A stretch of DNA of 64,000 bases from an uncultured bacterium (GCA_947364395.1 CANASS010000001.1:42051-106050), one strand, 5' to 3'; counted from the first letter of the stretch, positions 10,486 to 20,565 are shown. Translations and numbers: made by a program. The notes: a model not told the origin generated them from the sequence alone.

Positions 10486-11420
10486 CTCACTACTCTCATT
10501 AAATTATTGTAAAACAGGTCTTGGATAACCGTTTCTCCATAGCCATGGCGGAGCAGGTGCTCATAGAGCCGGGGCAGGCAGTCAATGGCGGGCAGATCGG
10601 CAATGGTGTCGCAGCCGTCCCAGTCGCCTCCCAGAGCCGCGTTGGCGCCGCCGCCCAGCTCCAAAATGTGGTCCAGATGGGCCCGGACCCCGTCCAGATC
10701 CCTGCCGCCGCCCACGAACTCGGTGTAAAAATTGAGCCCTATCACACCTTGATTTTTTATTATCGCATTTATTTGCTCATCCGTCAAGTTCCTTGTGTGA
10801 TCCCACACAGATTTTGTATTGGAGTGGCTGGCGATAAAAGGCCGCCGGGCCATCTCCGCAACATCCCAAAACCCTGCCTCAGACAGGTGCGACACGTCCA
10901 CCAGGATATGCAGCTCCTCCATTTTAGCCACAAACGCGCGGCCAACAGGGGATAATCCCCGCTCTGGCTCATCGCAATTGGAGCCGGACAGGAGATTGGC
11001 ATGGTTCCACGTCAAATTGACCGCCACAACGCCGTCCCCAGCCGCCTGCTCCAGACGGCCCGGATCGCAGCCCAGCAGCTCCGCCCCCTCCACCGACAGA
11101 AACGCCGCCGCCTTTCCTTGGCGGTTGGCCCGTTCCGCCTCCTCTGCGGTGCGGCACTGGAGGACTTTGTCCGAATTTCGGGCCATCTGATCTTTAAAGC
11201 AGCGCAGCAGGGCGTGATAGGCCCGTTCCACCGAATCCCCGCCCAAGGGATAGCCGGTATAGCCGTCCGCAGTCCACAGGGCAAAAAACTGGCAGTACCG
11301 TTCAAACCCCGCCGTCCGCTCCAGAGAGAGCATCCCGGAGTTGCGGTCCAGGCCCTCATACTCCCGCCAACAGCGGGAAATGGTGTCACAATGGGCGTCA
11401 AATACGGAAATTGGACCCAT
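10482..11420 (-). CDS. Membrane dipeptidase (peptidase M19) family
   Basis: DAHCD, SVEG, LTWN, DVSH, SHSN, GGDWDG. Confidence 0.9.
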   Translation of the reverse strand: MGPISVFDAHCDTISRCWREYEGLDRNSGMLSLERTAGFERYCQFFALWTADGYTGYPLGGDSVERAYHALLRCFKDQMARNSDKVLQCRTAEEAERANRQGKAAAFLSVEGAELLGCDPGRLEQAAGDGVVAVNLTWNHANLLSGSNCDEPERGLSPVGRAFVAKMEELHILVDVSHLSEAGFWDVAEMARRPFIASHSNTKSVWDHTRNLTDEQINAIIKNQGVIGLNFYTEFVGGGRDLDGVRAHLDHILELGGGANAALGGDWDGCDTIADLPAIDCLPRLYEHLLRHGYGETVIQDLFYNNLMRVVR

Positions 11421-11430
11421 AAGCATCCTC

Positions 11431-11805
11431 CTAAAAAGCGTTTTCAATGTAGTATATGTCTGGTTTTTCAGTATGGATTCCCTGGGGGGCGTACACCTCC
11501 GCCACATCGAACCGGGGCTGGAGGCCGCTGGGATGGGTCAGCAGATAGTATTGGGCCGCGGTCCGGAGCTTTCGCTGCTTGGAGACCGTCACCGCCTCAC
11601 AGGCCGCTCCAAACCGGCTGTTTTTTCGCAGCTTGACCTCCACGAAGGCCAAATAGTTTCCCCTTTTTGCCACAATGTCCAGCTCCCCCATGCGGCATCG
11701 AAAATTGGTGGCCGCGATGACCCAGCCCTTTTGCCGCAGGTCTTCCGCCACCAGCGCCTCGCCCCATTGGCCCAGGCCCCTGGCTTTCTCTCCCCCGCCG
11801 CTCAC
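11431..11805 (-). CDS. yraN: YraN family putative endonuclease
   Basis: GELDIVA, FVEVK, RFDV; follows rnhB. Confidence 0.92.
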   Translation of the reverse strand: MSGGGEKARGLGQWGEALVAEDLRQKGWVIAATNFRCRMGELDIVAKRGNYLAFVEVKLRKNSRFGAACEAVTVSKQRKLRTAAQYYLLTHPSGLQPRFDVAEVYAPQGIHTEKPDIYYIENAF

Positions 11806-12407
11806 AGCTTTTTCAAAAAGGTCCGGCGGTGGATGGGACAGGGCCCAAATTCCCGCAGCAGCTGGTAGTGACGTTTGGTGGGGTATCCCTTATGGCACTC
11901 AAACTCATACTGCGGATACACCGCCGCCATCTCCTTCATATATCGGTCCCGGCTGACCTTGGCCAGGATGGACGCCGCAGCCACAGACATTGACAAGCTA
12001 TCTCCCTTTACAATTGTTTTATGAGGCGTGACAATAGCGCATCTGCTTCCATGATCTCGGTTGCCGTCGATGAGGGCAAAATCCGCCTTGGGTTCCAGGC
12101 CGTCGATGGCCAGCTGCATGGCCTTCATTCTGCTGTTCAGAATGTCGATCTGGTCGATCTCTCCCGGCTCCACCCAGGCCACCGACCATGCTGCCGCTTG
12201 TGCCGTAATCTGGTCATACAGCGCCTCCCGGCGCTTTTCCGTCACCTGTTTGGAGTCATCGAGCCAGGGCAGATCCAACCCATCAGGAAGGATGACGGCC
12301 GCGGCATACACCCGGCCCGCCAACGGTCCTGCCCCAGCCTCGTCGCAGCCACATACGGCGCCACACCCCTGTGACATGGCCTCACGCTCCAACTCCCAGC
12401 TGGGCAC
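11802..12407 (-). CDS. rnhB: Ribonuclease HII
   Basis: GCDEAGAGPLAG, DSK, AASILAKVSRD, HKGY. Confidence 0.96.
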   Translation of the reverse strand: MPSWELEREAMSQGCGAVCGCDEAGAGPLAGRVYAAAVILPDGLDLPWLDDSKQVTEKRREALYDQITAQAAAWSVAWVEPGEIDQIDILNSRMKAMQLAIDGLEPKADFALIDGNRDHGSRCAIVTPHKTIVKGDSLSMSVAAASILAKVSRDRYMKEMAAVYPQYEFECHKGYPTKRHYQLLREFGPCPIHRRTFLKKL

Positions 12408-12424
12408 GGCCCCTCTCCCCTTCC

Positions 12425-13279
12425 TTATATGTCTTCAGGTGTCTCAAGTGTAAAGCGCCCTAACTTGCCGCCACGAAATTCGTCCAGCAGCACCTTTGCC
12501 ATCCGCTCCGAGTCCGTCTCACCGCCGGAGACCAGCATGCCCCGCTTCCGGGCACAGCCTTCCAGCAACTCCCAGCCCTGAAGCCCCTCCATGTCCGTCA
12601 TTTTGTACCGCTCCTCCAACGCCTTTGGGTATCGGTCCCGAAGCAGTTCCAGCAGAGCGCAGGCCAGCCCCTCCACGTCGGTGACCTCGTCTTTCACCGC
12701 GCCGGTGAAAGCCAGATGGAGGCCGGTGGTCTCATCCTCAAACTTGGGCCACAGGATGCCCGGCGTGTCCAACAGCTCCAGGCTGGCGTCCACACTCACC
12801 CACTGCTTACCCCGGGTGACGCCGGGCCTGTCGCTGGCTTTGGCGGACTTCCGCCTGGCCACCTTGTTGATAAAGGTGGATTTGCCCACATTGGGCACTC
12901 CCACCACCATGGCCCGGATGGGCCGCCCCACCTGCCCCTTGGCCTTCCAAGCCGCCAGCTTGTCCCTGAGCACGCTTTTGGCGGCGGTGGAAAACTGGTT
13001 GACTCCCTTTCCGGATTTGGCGTCTGTCTCCAGCACGCCAAACCCGTTCTCTTTGAAGCAGGCCAGCCACCGCGCTGTCATGGCGGGGTCCGCCTGATCC
13101 GTCCGATTGAAAATAACCAGCCGGGGCCGTTCACCCACCATAGCGTCAATGTCTGGGTTGCGGCTGGAAATAGGGATGCGGGCATCCACCACCTCAGCTA
13201 CCAGATCCACCAGCTTCACATCGTTTTCCATCTGCCGCCGGGTCTTGGTCATGTGCCCCGGATACCACTGTATATTCAT
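12425..13279 (-). CDS. rbgA: Ribosome biogenesis GTPase RbgA (YlqF)
   Basis: IQWYPGHM, DARIP, GVPNVGKS, DTPG. Confidence 0.96.
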   Translation of the reverse strand: MNIQWYPGHMTKTRRQMENDVKLVDLVAEVVDARIPISSRNPDIDAMVGERPRLVIFNRTDQADPAMTARWLACFKENGFGVLETDAKSGKGVNQFSTAAKSVLRDKLAAWKAKGQVGRPIRAMVVGVPNVGKSTFINKVARRKSAKASDRPGVTRGKQWVSVDASLELLDTPGILWPKFEDETTGLHLAFTGAVKDEVTDVEGLACALLELLRDRYPKALEERYKMTDMEGLQGWELLEGCARKRGMLVSGGETDSERMAKVLLDEFRGGKLGRFTLETPEDI

Positions 13280-13316
13280 GAGCTCCACCTTTTTTGGAAA
13301 AATCAGGTATTTGAAT

Positions 13317-13346
13317 AAAAGAGGAGCGGTCACCCGCTCCTCTTTT
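13317..13346 (-). terminator. Terminator after rplS
   Basis: AAAAGAGGAGCGG...CCGCTCCTCTTTT hairpin with T-run. Confidence 0.75.
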
Positions 13347-13356
13347 ACTGCGCAGC

Positions 13357-13698
13357 TTACAGGTCCTCTTTGACCTTGGCGGCCTTGCCCACGCGGTCGC
13401 GCAGGTAGTACAGCTTGGCCCGGCGGACCTTACCCTTGCGGACGGTCTCCACCTTCTCAATGGTGGGAGCATGCAGAGGGAAGACCTTTTCCACGCCCAC
13501 GCCGTAGGAAATACGGCGGACGGTGAAGCTCTCCTCAATGCCGCCGTGCTTTTTCGCGATGACAGTGCCCTCGAACACCTGGATACGCTCGCGGCTGCCC
13601 TCCTTGACCCGGATGTGCACCCGGACGGTGTCGCCCACACGGACGGAAGGAGCTTCCTCCTTCATGTACTTGTCGCTGAATTGCTGAAGCAGATCCAT
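13357..13698 (-). CDS. rplS: 50S ribosomal protein L19
   Basis: [32 protein letters not shown]. Confidence 0.98.
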   Translation of the reverse strand: MDLLQQFSDKYMKEEAPSVRVGDTVRVHIRVKEGSRERIQVFEGTVIAKKHGGIEESFTVRRISYGVGVEKVFPLHAPTIEKVETVRKGKVRRAKLYYLRDRVGKAAKVKEDL

Positions 13699-13720
13699 TT
13701 GTATTTTCCTCCTAATTTCA

Positions 13721-13762
13721 GGCGTTCGTGCGTCCCAGCCCGTGGCCGCGCAGAGGACCACC
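13721..13762 (-). ncRNA. L19 leader (autoregulatory RNA)
   Basis: GGUGGUCCUCUGCG...CGCACGAACGCC stem in the rplS 5'UTR resembles the Firmicutes L19 leader; promoter TTGCAA-17-TAAACT at 13781-13809. Confidence 0.6.
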
Positions 13763-13837
13763 CTTTTTTCAGACTTAGGTAGTTTACCACAGCTGACCCA
13801 GATTTGCAAGGTTTTTTTCCAGTTTTCCGGCAAAAAA

Positions 13838-14422
13838 TTATACGCTTTCCCGTCGCAGCACGCCTGCCAGCAGCCAAATGGCAGTAAGCAGCAGGGTCAC
13901 GTTGGCGTAATAAGCGGCGGCCACCGCTCCGACCCCCACCAGCACCCCCACCAGGCAGCCGGACAGAGCGGTCATCAGCCGTTCCGCCCAGTCCGGGTCC
14001 AGCCGGTCCGCGATCAGCCCGTAAACCACCCTGCCCCCGTCCAGAGGCAGGATGGGCAATAAGTTGAACGTCCCCACCGCCAGCGTGAGCGCCGCCGCCA
14101 AGTCCCAGTCCAGGGCCAGGAAGAGCCCACCGGCCAGCAGGTTGGCCCCAGGGCCTGCCAACGCCACCAGACTGTCCTTGATATAGGTCAGGGGGGCGCG
14201 GTAGTCAATGTGCAGCTCCGCCCCCACCACCGTCAAGGACAGGCGCTCCACCCGCCCGCCGAAAGCGGCGGCGGAGGCAATATGCCCCAACTCATGGAGA
14301 ACACAGGCCGCCAGTCCCCAGGGCAGCAGCCCCGCCCCCTCGTCCAGCCAAAACAGTGCCCCCAGCAGAAGAAGGAAACCGGGGCTCACCTCTATCTGGG
14401 GCCGGTTATGGTAGGTCCACAT
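13838..14422 (-). CDS. spoIVFB: SpoIVFB-like M50 intramembrane metalloprotease
   Basis: [22 protein letters not shown]; downstream of an M23 gene. Confidence 0.75.
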   Translation of the reverse strand: MWTYHNRPQIEVSPGFLLLLGALFWLDEGAGLLPWGLAACVLHELGHIASAAAFGGRVERLSLTVVGAELHIDYRAPLTYIKDSLVALAGPGANLLAGGLFLALDWDLAAALTLAVGTFNLLPILPLDGGRVVYGLIADRLDPDWAERLMTALSGCLVGVLVGVGAVAAAYYANVTLLLTAIWLLAGVLRRESV

Positions 14423-15398
14423 AATAGGCCGGGTCCAGCCGGATATTATCCTTCTCTATGGTCAGGTGGAGATGAGAGCCGGTGACATTGCCCGTGTGGC
14501 CTACCAGCGCCACCGTCTGGCCGCAGGCCACCTGATCCCCCTTATGGACAAGCAGCTTGCTGCAATGAGCGTAAAAGCTGCTGACATTGTTGGCGTGGCT
14601 GACCTTCAGATATTTGCCAAACTCGTCGCTTTCCCCAATATATTCCACTGTTCCTGCGGCAAAGGCACCTATTTCCACCCCATCCTCAGCGCCGATATCC
14701 AGCGCCAGATGGAACTCATTCTTTCCATTGATGGGGCTGTCCCGGTAGCCGAAGCCGGAGGTGACCGTCCCATTAACCGGCACAGCGGTCTCGCTCAGCC
14801 CCAGTTCATAAAACGCCAAGCTCACATTCTGGGGCAGTTTGACGCCGTCATCGGTGTATTCCTGGGCCACAGCCGTCATCAGAGCGGGCTGGCTGGCTTC
14901 CGGCGGTGCCGATTCCGGCTCACGATCCACCGGCTCGTCCCCTTTTGAGGAAAAGTCAGCCTTGGCCAGGATGCCGTGTTCATTAAGGTAGTCCAAGCCC
15001 ATCCTTGAGGTATGGCTCAGCCGCACCGGCATTTGAAGCTCATCCTCAAAAGGGCTGGGCGATGGGCTGGGTTCCTCCTCTACATCCCCGCCCATCAACG
15101 TGACGCACAGCGCCTCAAGGGCTCCAGCCATCGGCTCTCCACGGGAGAGATCGCCGCTAAACCGCTGGAAGGCGGCTTTAAAATCCACATTCGCCGCCGC
15201 CACCGTCCGCCAAACCTCCAGCTGAGCCGGAAACACACCCCGGCCAATGTACACCAACAGAAACAACGCCAAGCTGACCACCAGCTGGATCAACCTGCGC
15301 CGCTCCCCCTCTGCCCCGCCGTTCTGGGCGGATCGCTTTGCCCTCTGAGCGGGCCGCCGTCCTCTGGCTGCCGCCCCACGTCTGGATGCCCCATCCAT
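14406..15398 (-). CDS. spoIVFA: SpoIVFA-like M23 peptidase family protein
   Basis: N-terminal TM helix, HLALD and HLH M23 motifs; paired with the M50 gene. Confidence 0.7.
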   Translation of the reverse strand: MDGASRRGAAARGRRPAQRAKRSAQNGGAEGERRRLIQLVVSLALFLLVYIGRGVFPAQLEVWRTVAAANVDFKAAFQRFSGDLSRGEPMAGALEALCVTLMGGDVEEEPSPSPSPFEDELQMPVRLSHTSRMGLDYLNEHGILAKADFSSKGDEPVDREPESAPPEASQPALMTAVAQEYTDDGVKLPQNVSLAFYELGLSETAVPVNGTVTSGFGYRDSPINGKNEFHLALDIGAEDGVEIGAFAAGTVEYIGESDEFGKYLKVSHANNVSSFYAHCSKLLVHKGDQVACGQTVALVGHTGNVTGSHLHLTIEKDNIRLDPAYYVDLP

Positions 15399-15432
15399 AC
15401 CGACCCCTCCTTGCCCATTCGTCTCTTGGGAT

Positions 15433-15461
15433 ACTGTATGTCCGGGGACAAGTTTTTATGC
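15433..15461 (-). promoter_or_regulatory. Putative sigmaE (mother-cell) promoter of spoIVFAB
   Basis: GCATAAA-N14-CATACAGT; spoIVF is sigmaE-dependent in Bacillus. Confidence 0.6.
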
Positions 15462-15532
15462 AGGGTGTGCAATTGAGGCAGACAAAAGAAAACACGCCAG
15501 AGGTGTATCTCCTTCCCGCTGTATATCGTAAG

Positions 15533-15568
15533 AAAGCGGAGCAAGCGTCATGACGCTTGCTCCGCTTT
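15533..15568. terminator. Perfect 36-bp palindrome / terminator abutting the tRNA-Gly 3' end
   Basis: AAAGCGGAGCAAGCGTCA|TGACGCTTGCTCCGCTTT. Confidence 0.75.
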
Positions 15569-15641
15569 GGAGCGGGTGAGGGGAATCGAACCCCCGTGTT
15601 CAGCTTGGGAAGCTGACATTCTGCCATTGAACTACACCCGC
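15568..15641 (-). tRNA. tRNA-Gly (anticodon CCC)
   Basis: GCGGGTG/CACCCGC acceptor stem, TTCCCAA loop, GGTTCGATTCC, CCA; promoter TTGCTT-17-TATAAT at 15654-15682. Confidence 0.97.
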
Positions 15642-15739
15642 AAGTTCCTTTGCATTATAGCAGACTCAAGCGGAAAAAGCAAGCACTTTTTTTTCGGGAT
15701 TTACAGGATATGGAATTTCAAATTTTTCACAAAAGACTC

Positions 15740-15768
15740 TTTACAAGCTCAACTTTTATTGCTATAAT
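15740..15768 (+). promoter_or_regulatory. sigmaA promoter of the small ORF
   Basis: TTTACA-17-TATAAT with TG extension. Confidence 0.75.
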
Positions 15769-15799
15769 ATACAACAACAATGACAAGGAGGTGATGGCA

Positions 15800-15880
15800 A
15801 TGAAGGTCCTCTTTTCAGTGCCCGTTGATATCGACGAGTTGATCTTCGCCGGAGAGACTACCGTTCCCAGCGACCGCTGA
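15800..15880 (+). CDS. 26-aa microprotein MKVLFSVPVDIDELIFAGETTVPSDR, unknown function
   Basis: Perfect AAGGAGGTGA RBS, own promoter and a downstream terminator. Confidence 0.65.
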   Translation: MKVLFSVPVDIDELIFAGETTVPSDR

Positions 15881-15914
15881 GCACGACGTACTTTCAATGG
15901 TATAAGAAATTGAC

Positions 15915-15944
15915 TCGTCCCTCATCGGGGCGATTTTATTTTTT
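15915..15944 (+). terminator. Terminator of the microprotein unit
   Basis: TCGTCCC-TCATC-GGGGCGA hairpin followed by TTTTATTTTTT. Confidence 0.6.
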
Positions 15945-15946
15945 AG

Positions 15947-15984
15947 AAAAGGGACGCCGCCCTATTGGGGCGGCGTCCCTTTTT
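15947..15984. terminator. Bidirectional terminator ending the his/YccA transcript
   Basis: AAAAGGGACGCCGCC...GGCGGCGTCCCTTTT. Confidence 0.8.
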
Positions 15985-15991
15985 GTCAATG

Positions 15992-16711
15992 TCAGCGGCT
16001 CCTGCTGCGGCCCAGGAAACGGAGCAGGTAGAGGAACAGGTTGATGAAATCCAGATACAGCTGGAGCGCGGAGAATACGGACGCCTTCTGGAGCATAACC
16101 TCGTCACCGTAGAAATACGCATAGTTGGCCTTGATCTTCTGAGTATCATAGGCGGTGAAGCAAAGAAATACCACAATGCCCACCATGCAGATGATCCGCT
16201 CCAGACTGGACATATCAATAAACAGGGTCAGCAGGCCCGCGATCAGAAGAAAGATCAGGCCGCCCACCAACAGGGGCCGCAGGCCGGACAGATCGGTTTT
16301 CGTAAACCGGCCATATAGCGCGAAACCGCCGAAAAAGAGGGCGGTCAGGCCAAAGATGAAAATCAGGTTGGCCACATTAAACGCCACAAAATATACAGAA
16401 AACACAAGTCCATTTAAGATGGAATAGACCGCAAACAGGGTCCGGGTAACAGCCACTGACCGCTTCAAAATGCCGGTGGACATGAAGAGCACCACCACCA
16501 GCTCGGCGATCAGCAGGATGGACATAATATAGGGGATCGAGAACACATAGTACACCCCGCCGGTGAGGGCCAGCGCCGCCGCCAGCACAAAGGTAATCAT
16601 CAGCCCCATAAACATCCACCCGAAGGTCTGGGTCATATACTGATTCAGGGTCAGCGTACCCTGGGCGTAACCGCTGTCAAAATCGTAACGTTTTATGTTG
16701 CGCTCTTCCAT
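15992..16711 (-). CDS. Bax inhibitor-1/YccA family membrane protein
   Basis: Multi-TM protein; AYDTQKIK and ALQLYLDFINLFL motifs. Confidence 0.92.
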   Translation of the reverse strand: MEERNIKRYDFDSGYAQGTLTLNQYMTQTFGWMFMGLMITFVLAAALALTGGVYYVFSIPYIMSILLIAELVVVLFMSTGILKRSVAVTRTLFAVYSILNGLVFSVYFVAFNVANLIFIFGLTALFFGGFALYGRFTKTDLSGLRPLLVGGLIFLLIAGLLTLFIDMSSLERIICMVGIVVFLCFTAYDTQKIKANYAYFYGDEVMLQKASVFSALQLYLDFINLFLYLLRFLGRSRSR

Positions 16712-16713
16712 AA

Positions 16714-17040
16714 TCAACTCTCCTTATCCACTTGCTTCATCTGCTTCAGGTTGCCAATCTTCAGAGCCCGGCGGTCCAATTCGGCCAGCACGTCCTCCAG
16801 GGGAATCCCTTTTTCCGCCATCATCACCATCAGGTGGTAGATCAGATCGGAAATCTCCCCCACCGTGTCAGAGGGAACGTCGTTTTTTGCCGCGATGATG
16901 GTCTCAGCGCACTCCTCCCCCACCTTCTTCAGGATCTTATCCAGCCCTTTATCGAATAGGTAACAGGTGTACGATCCCTCCTGGGGGCTGGCCTTGCGGT
17001 CCATAACCACCTCATAGAGCCTCTCCAACGTACTGTCCAT
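16714..17040 (-). CDS. hisE: Phosphoribosyl-ATP diphosphatase
   Basis: SYT, KKVGEE, EISDLIYH. Confidence 0.95.
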   Translation of the reverse strand: MDSTLERLYEVVMDRKASPQEGSYTCYLFDKGLDKILKKVGEECAETIIAAKNDVPSDTVGEISDLIYHLMVMMAEKGIPLEDVLAELDRRALKIGNLKQMKQVDKES

Positions 17041-17071
17041 ATCATATCCCTCCCCTATCAGCTTTCATACA

Positions 17072-17392
17072 TTATAACTCGACCCGGTTGAAAAAGCAAC
17101 TGTGAGCTCCCGTGTGGCATACCGGCCCCTCGGGCTCACAAATATAGAGCAGGGTATCGGTGTCGCAGTCAGTGAAAATCTCTTTGACGTGGAGATAGTT
17201 TCCGCTGGTCTCCCCTTTGTTCCAAAGCTTTTGGCGGTCCCGGCTCCAAAACCATGCGGTTTTGGTTCGGATGGTGTTCTCAAGAGCCTCCCGGTTGGTG
17301 AAGCCCAGCATAAGCACCTTTCCGCTCCCCTGCTCCTGAATGACCACAGGAATCAAGTCGGATTTTTGAAACAACAGATCAAGATCAAACAT
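17072..17392 (-). CDS. hisI: Phosphoribosyl-AMP cyclohydrolase
   Basis: LWNKGETSGN, DCDTD, CHTG..SCF. Confidence 0.96.
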   Translation of the reverse strand: MFDLDLLFQKSDLIPVVIQEQGSGKVLMLGFTNREALENTIRTKTAWFWSRDRQKLWNKGETSGNYLHVKEIFTDCDTDTLLYICEPEGPVCHTGAHSCFFNRVEL

Positions 17393-17398
17393 CTTTTC

Positions 17399-18151
17399 TC
17401 ACCTCACCGGGACATTTTTTCCGCGCAAAAACTCTTTTACCTGGGGCACAGTCAACTCACCGAAGTGAAAGAGGGAGGCGGCCAGCGCCGCGTCACAGTC
17501 TGTCTCTTCAAATACCTGGGCAAAATGCTCCAGACTGCCGCAGCCACCCGAGGCAATCACAGGGATAGAAACGGCCTGGGTCACCGCTCTGGTCATTTCA
17601 ATGTCAAATCCCGCCTTGGTGCCATCCGCGTCCATGGAGGTGAGCAGGATCTCTCCCGCCCCCAGCTCCTGTCCCCGCTTGGCCCATTCCACCGCATCCA
17701 GCCCGGTGGGAGTACGGCCTCCGGCCACTACCACCTCGTACCATCCAGACCGGCGGCGCGCGTCAATAGCCAACACCACGCACTGAGAGCCAAACCGCTG
17801 GGCCGCACGGGCAATCAAGGTCTCATCCTTTACAGCAGCTGAATTGATAGAAATCTTATCTGCCCCCGCCCGAAGCAGCCGCTGGAAGTCCTCCAGCGTG
17901 CGGATGCCGCCGCCCACGGTGAGAGGGACGAACACCTGGGCAGCGGTGCGCTCTACCACGTCAGCCACGGTGTCACGGGCGTCGCTGGTGGCGGTGATAT
18001 CCAAAAAAACGATCTCATCCGCCCCCTGATCCGAATAAAACTTGGCCAGCTCCACCGGGTCTCCCGCGTCCCGAATGTTCACAAAGTTGACTCCCTTGAC
18101 CACCCGGCCGTCCCGCACGTCCAGGCAGGGAATAATACGCTTGGCTAGCAT
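17399..18151 (-). CDS. hisF: Imidazole glycerol phosphate synthase cyclase subunit
   Basis: [20 protein letters not shown]. Confidence 0.97.
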   Translation of the reverse strand: MLAKRIIPCLDVRDGRVVKGVNFVNIRDAGDPVELAKFYSDQGADEIVFLDITATSDARDTVADVVERTAAQVFVPLTVGGGIRTLEDFQRLLRAGADKISINSAAVKDETLIARAAQRFGSQCVVLAIDARRRSGWYEVVVAGGRTPTGLDAVEWAKRGQELGAGEILLTSMDADGTKAGFDIEMTRAVTQAVSIPVIASGGCGSLEHFAQVFEETDCDAALAASLFHFGELTVPQVKEFLRGKNVPVR

Positions 18152-18654
18152 GGCAGCCCCTCCAAATACTGGTCAATATCCTTTTGACAACGCAATACCA
18201 CCGTTTTTTTCGGATACTGCTCAAAAATCTCCTGGAATTTCCTCCGCTTTGAGTGGGTACGTCCCTCCCACAAAATCCACCGCATAAACTCCGGGTCCAT
18301 TTTTTCCGGGCACCCCTCGCCCATGTCGTCGCGGGTTCTGCCCCGGTATCGAAAATATCGTTTCCAGGCCCGGAAAAAGCATACCAAGCGGGGAAAATCG
18401 AGAATAATAATCTGATTCGACTCTCTCATCCGGCGCTCGTACTCAAATTTTGTGTAATTCCCGTCAATTACCCAGGAGGGATTTTCCATAAACTCACGCA
18501 CCATTCGGTGGGCTTCCCCCCGGTCTCGCTCCTGCCAGTTGGGTGCCCAGTACACTGTGTCGAAGTGAAGCACCGGCACATTGTACCGCTCCCCCAAGGC
18601 CCGAGCCAGAGTTGACTTCCCTGCCCCGCTGTACCCCATCACCACGATTTTCAC
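18145..18654 (-). CDS. FlaR / DNA topology modulation protein-like P-loop kinase
   Basis: [12 protein letters not shown]-loop, [18 protein letters not shown]. Confidence 0.8.
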   Translation of the reverse strand: MKIVVMGYSGAGKSTLARALGERYNVPVLHFDTVYWAPNWQERDRGEAHRMVREFMENPSWVIDGNYTKFEYERRMRESNQIIILDFPRLVCFFRAWKRYFRYRGRTRDDMGEGCPEKMDPEFMRWILWEGRTHSKRRKFQEIFEQYPKKTVVLRCQKDIDQYLEGLPC

Positions 18655-19373
18655 AGCTGAGGCCCCGCTTCCCGGATGGCTTCCTCAAGGCTGATGGTTC
18701 CAGCATAGTACGCCTTGCCGATGATAGCCCCGTAAAGGCCCATATCCCGAAGCCGCTTCACGTCATCCAGGGTGGTCACTCCGCCGGAGGCCACAATGCG
18801 GCATTTCACCGTTCTTTGCAGGTCGGCCAGCTGGCCAAAGCTTGGCCCTGACAGCATCCCGTCGGTGGCAATATCTGTAAAGATAATCGTCTTTACACCT
18901 TTTTCCTCCATTGCCCGGGCCAGCTCCAGCCCGCTGAGACCGGAATCCTGTTCCCAACCCGCTGTGCGCACTAGGCCGTTTAAGCAGTCGATCCCCACCG
19001 CTGCCCGGTCCCCATAGCGCTTCAGGGCATAGTCCACCACCTTCGGATTGGTGACTGCGGCGGAGCCGATCACCATCCGGGCAACTCCTGATTGGGCCAC
19101 TGTGTCCACATCCTCCTGGGTCTTGATGCCGCCGCCCAGCTCCACAGACAGACCGGTCCCCTCGATCACCGCATTGATGTGGGGAAAATTAGTCCGCCGG
19201 CCCCCCCGGGCTCCGTCCAGGTCAACCATGTGGACCCACTTTGCCCCGACCTCCGCGAAGGCTCGCGCCGTCTCCAACGCACTGTCCGCCACTTGGCTGA
19301 CGGTGGAAAATTCCCCCTTCTGCAAACGGACGCAGCGGCCGTCCTTCATGTCAATGGCAGGTAAAATAATCAT
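18651..19373 (-). CDS. hisA: ProFAR isomerase
   Basis: PAIDMKDGRCVRL, HMVDLDGA, TDIATDG. Confidence 0.96.
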   Translation of the reverse strand: MIILPAIDMKDGRCVRLQKGEFSTVSQVADSALETARAFAEVGAKWVHMVDLDGARGGRRTNFPHINAVIEGTGLSVELGGGIKTQEDVDTVAQSGVARMVIGSAAVTNPKVVDYALKRYGDRAAVGIDCLNGLVRTAGWEQDSGLSGLELARAMEEKGVKTIIFTDIATDGMLSGPSFGQLADLQRTVKCRIVASGGVTTLDDVKRLRDMGLYGAIIGKAYYAGTISLEEAIREAGPQL

Positions 19374-19978
19374 CCCATCAAGTCTCCAAAATTCTTTAGA
19401 ATTTGCAGTCCGGCCTCGCCGCTCTTTTCCGGATGAAACTGGCAGCCGTAGACACCATTGCGTGACACCGCCGCCACGATGGAGGGCCCATACTGTGTCC
19501 GGGCGATCACGTCATCCTCACAGCGGGCATTACCGCAGAAGGAGTGGACAAAATATACATAGGTCCCCTCGTCCAACCCTCGGAACAGCGGGGAATTGTT
19601 CTGGAGCTCCAGGCTGTTCCAGCCGATGTGCGGCAGCTTAAACTGTGTCTCAATTCGCTGAACACAACCGCTGACAAGTCCTAATCCCTCACAGACCCTC
19701 CCCTCCTTGCCTCGCTCAAAGAGCAGCTGCATCCCCAGGCAGATTCCCAGGATCGGCTTGCGCCCCGCCTGAGCCAAGAGGATCTTGTCCAACCCGGAGG
19801 AACGCAATTTATCCGCCGCGTCAGGGAAAGCCCCCACACCGGGGAGGATGATCGCGTCCGCCCGCTCCAGCTCCCCAGGGTCTCCGGTAATCAGGGTTTT
19901 CTGCCCGATATAGGCCATGGCGTTGGATACGCTCTTCAGGTTGCCCACGCCGTAATCCACAATGACAGCGCTACCCAT
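19370..19978 (-). CDS. hisH: IGP synthase glutaminase subunit
   Basis: DYGVGN, GICLGMQ, QFHPEKS. Confidence 0.96.
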   Translation of the reverse strand: MGSAVIVDYGVGNLKSVSNAMAYIGQKTLITGDPGELERADAIILPGVGAFPDAADKLRSSGLDKILLAQAGRKPILGICLGMQLLFERGKEGRVCEGLGLVSGCVQRIETQFKLPHIGWNSLELQNNSPLFRGLDEGTYVYFVHSFCGNARCEDDVIARTQYGPSIVAAVSRNGVYGCQFHPEKSGEAGLQILKNFGDLMG

Positions 19979-20553
19979 CACAACGCCCCCTTTGTGGAGA
20001 CCACCGCGTCCCCCTCAACCCGTACAGCCTCCTTCAGAGCCAGTCCCAGGGATTTGAACAGCGCCTCGGTGATGTGGTGGGCATTGTCCCCATATTCGCA
20101 CTTCTGATGTAATGTAATTCCGCCATTCACTGAAAAGGCCCGCATAAACTCCACAGTAAGGCAGCTGTCATAGCCGCCGATGATAGGCTGGGGCATAGGC
20201 GCGTCAAACGCCAGATAGGGCCGGTTGGAGCAGTCCAGCACCGTGCGGCACAGGGCTTCGTCCATGGGAACAAGACCTGTGCCATACCGGCGGATGCCTT
20301 TTTTATCTCCCAGAGCCTCCCGGAACGCCTGACCCAGCACGATGCCCACATCCTCCACCGTGTGGTGGCCGTCCACATGGAGGTCGCCCAGGGCGGACAG
20401 CTCCAGCCCGAACCCAGCGTAAAAGGCCAGGGCGGTAAGCATGTGGTCAAAAAAGCCGATTCCGGTGGAGATATTTACCTCTCCCCCTTCCAGGCACAAG
20501 CTGAGGGTGATATCCGTCTCTTTTGTGGTCCGCTGAATTGTCGCCTGCCGCAT
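19978..20553 (-). CDS. hisB: Imidazoleglycerol-phosphate dehydratase
   Basis: DGHHTVED and NAHHITE motifs. Confidence 0.97.
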   Translation of the reverse strand: MRQATIQRTTKETDITLSLCLEGGEVNISTGIGFFDHMLTALAFYAGFGLELSALGDLHVDGHHTVEDVGIVLGQAFREALGDKKGIRRYGTGLVPMDEALCRTVLDCSNRPYLAFDAPMPQPIIGGYDSCLTVEFMRAFSVNGGITLHQKCEYGDNAHHITEALFKSLGLALKEAVRVEGDAVVSTKGAL

Positions 20554-20565
20554 AGGTACGCCCCC

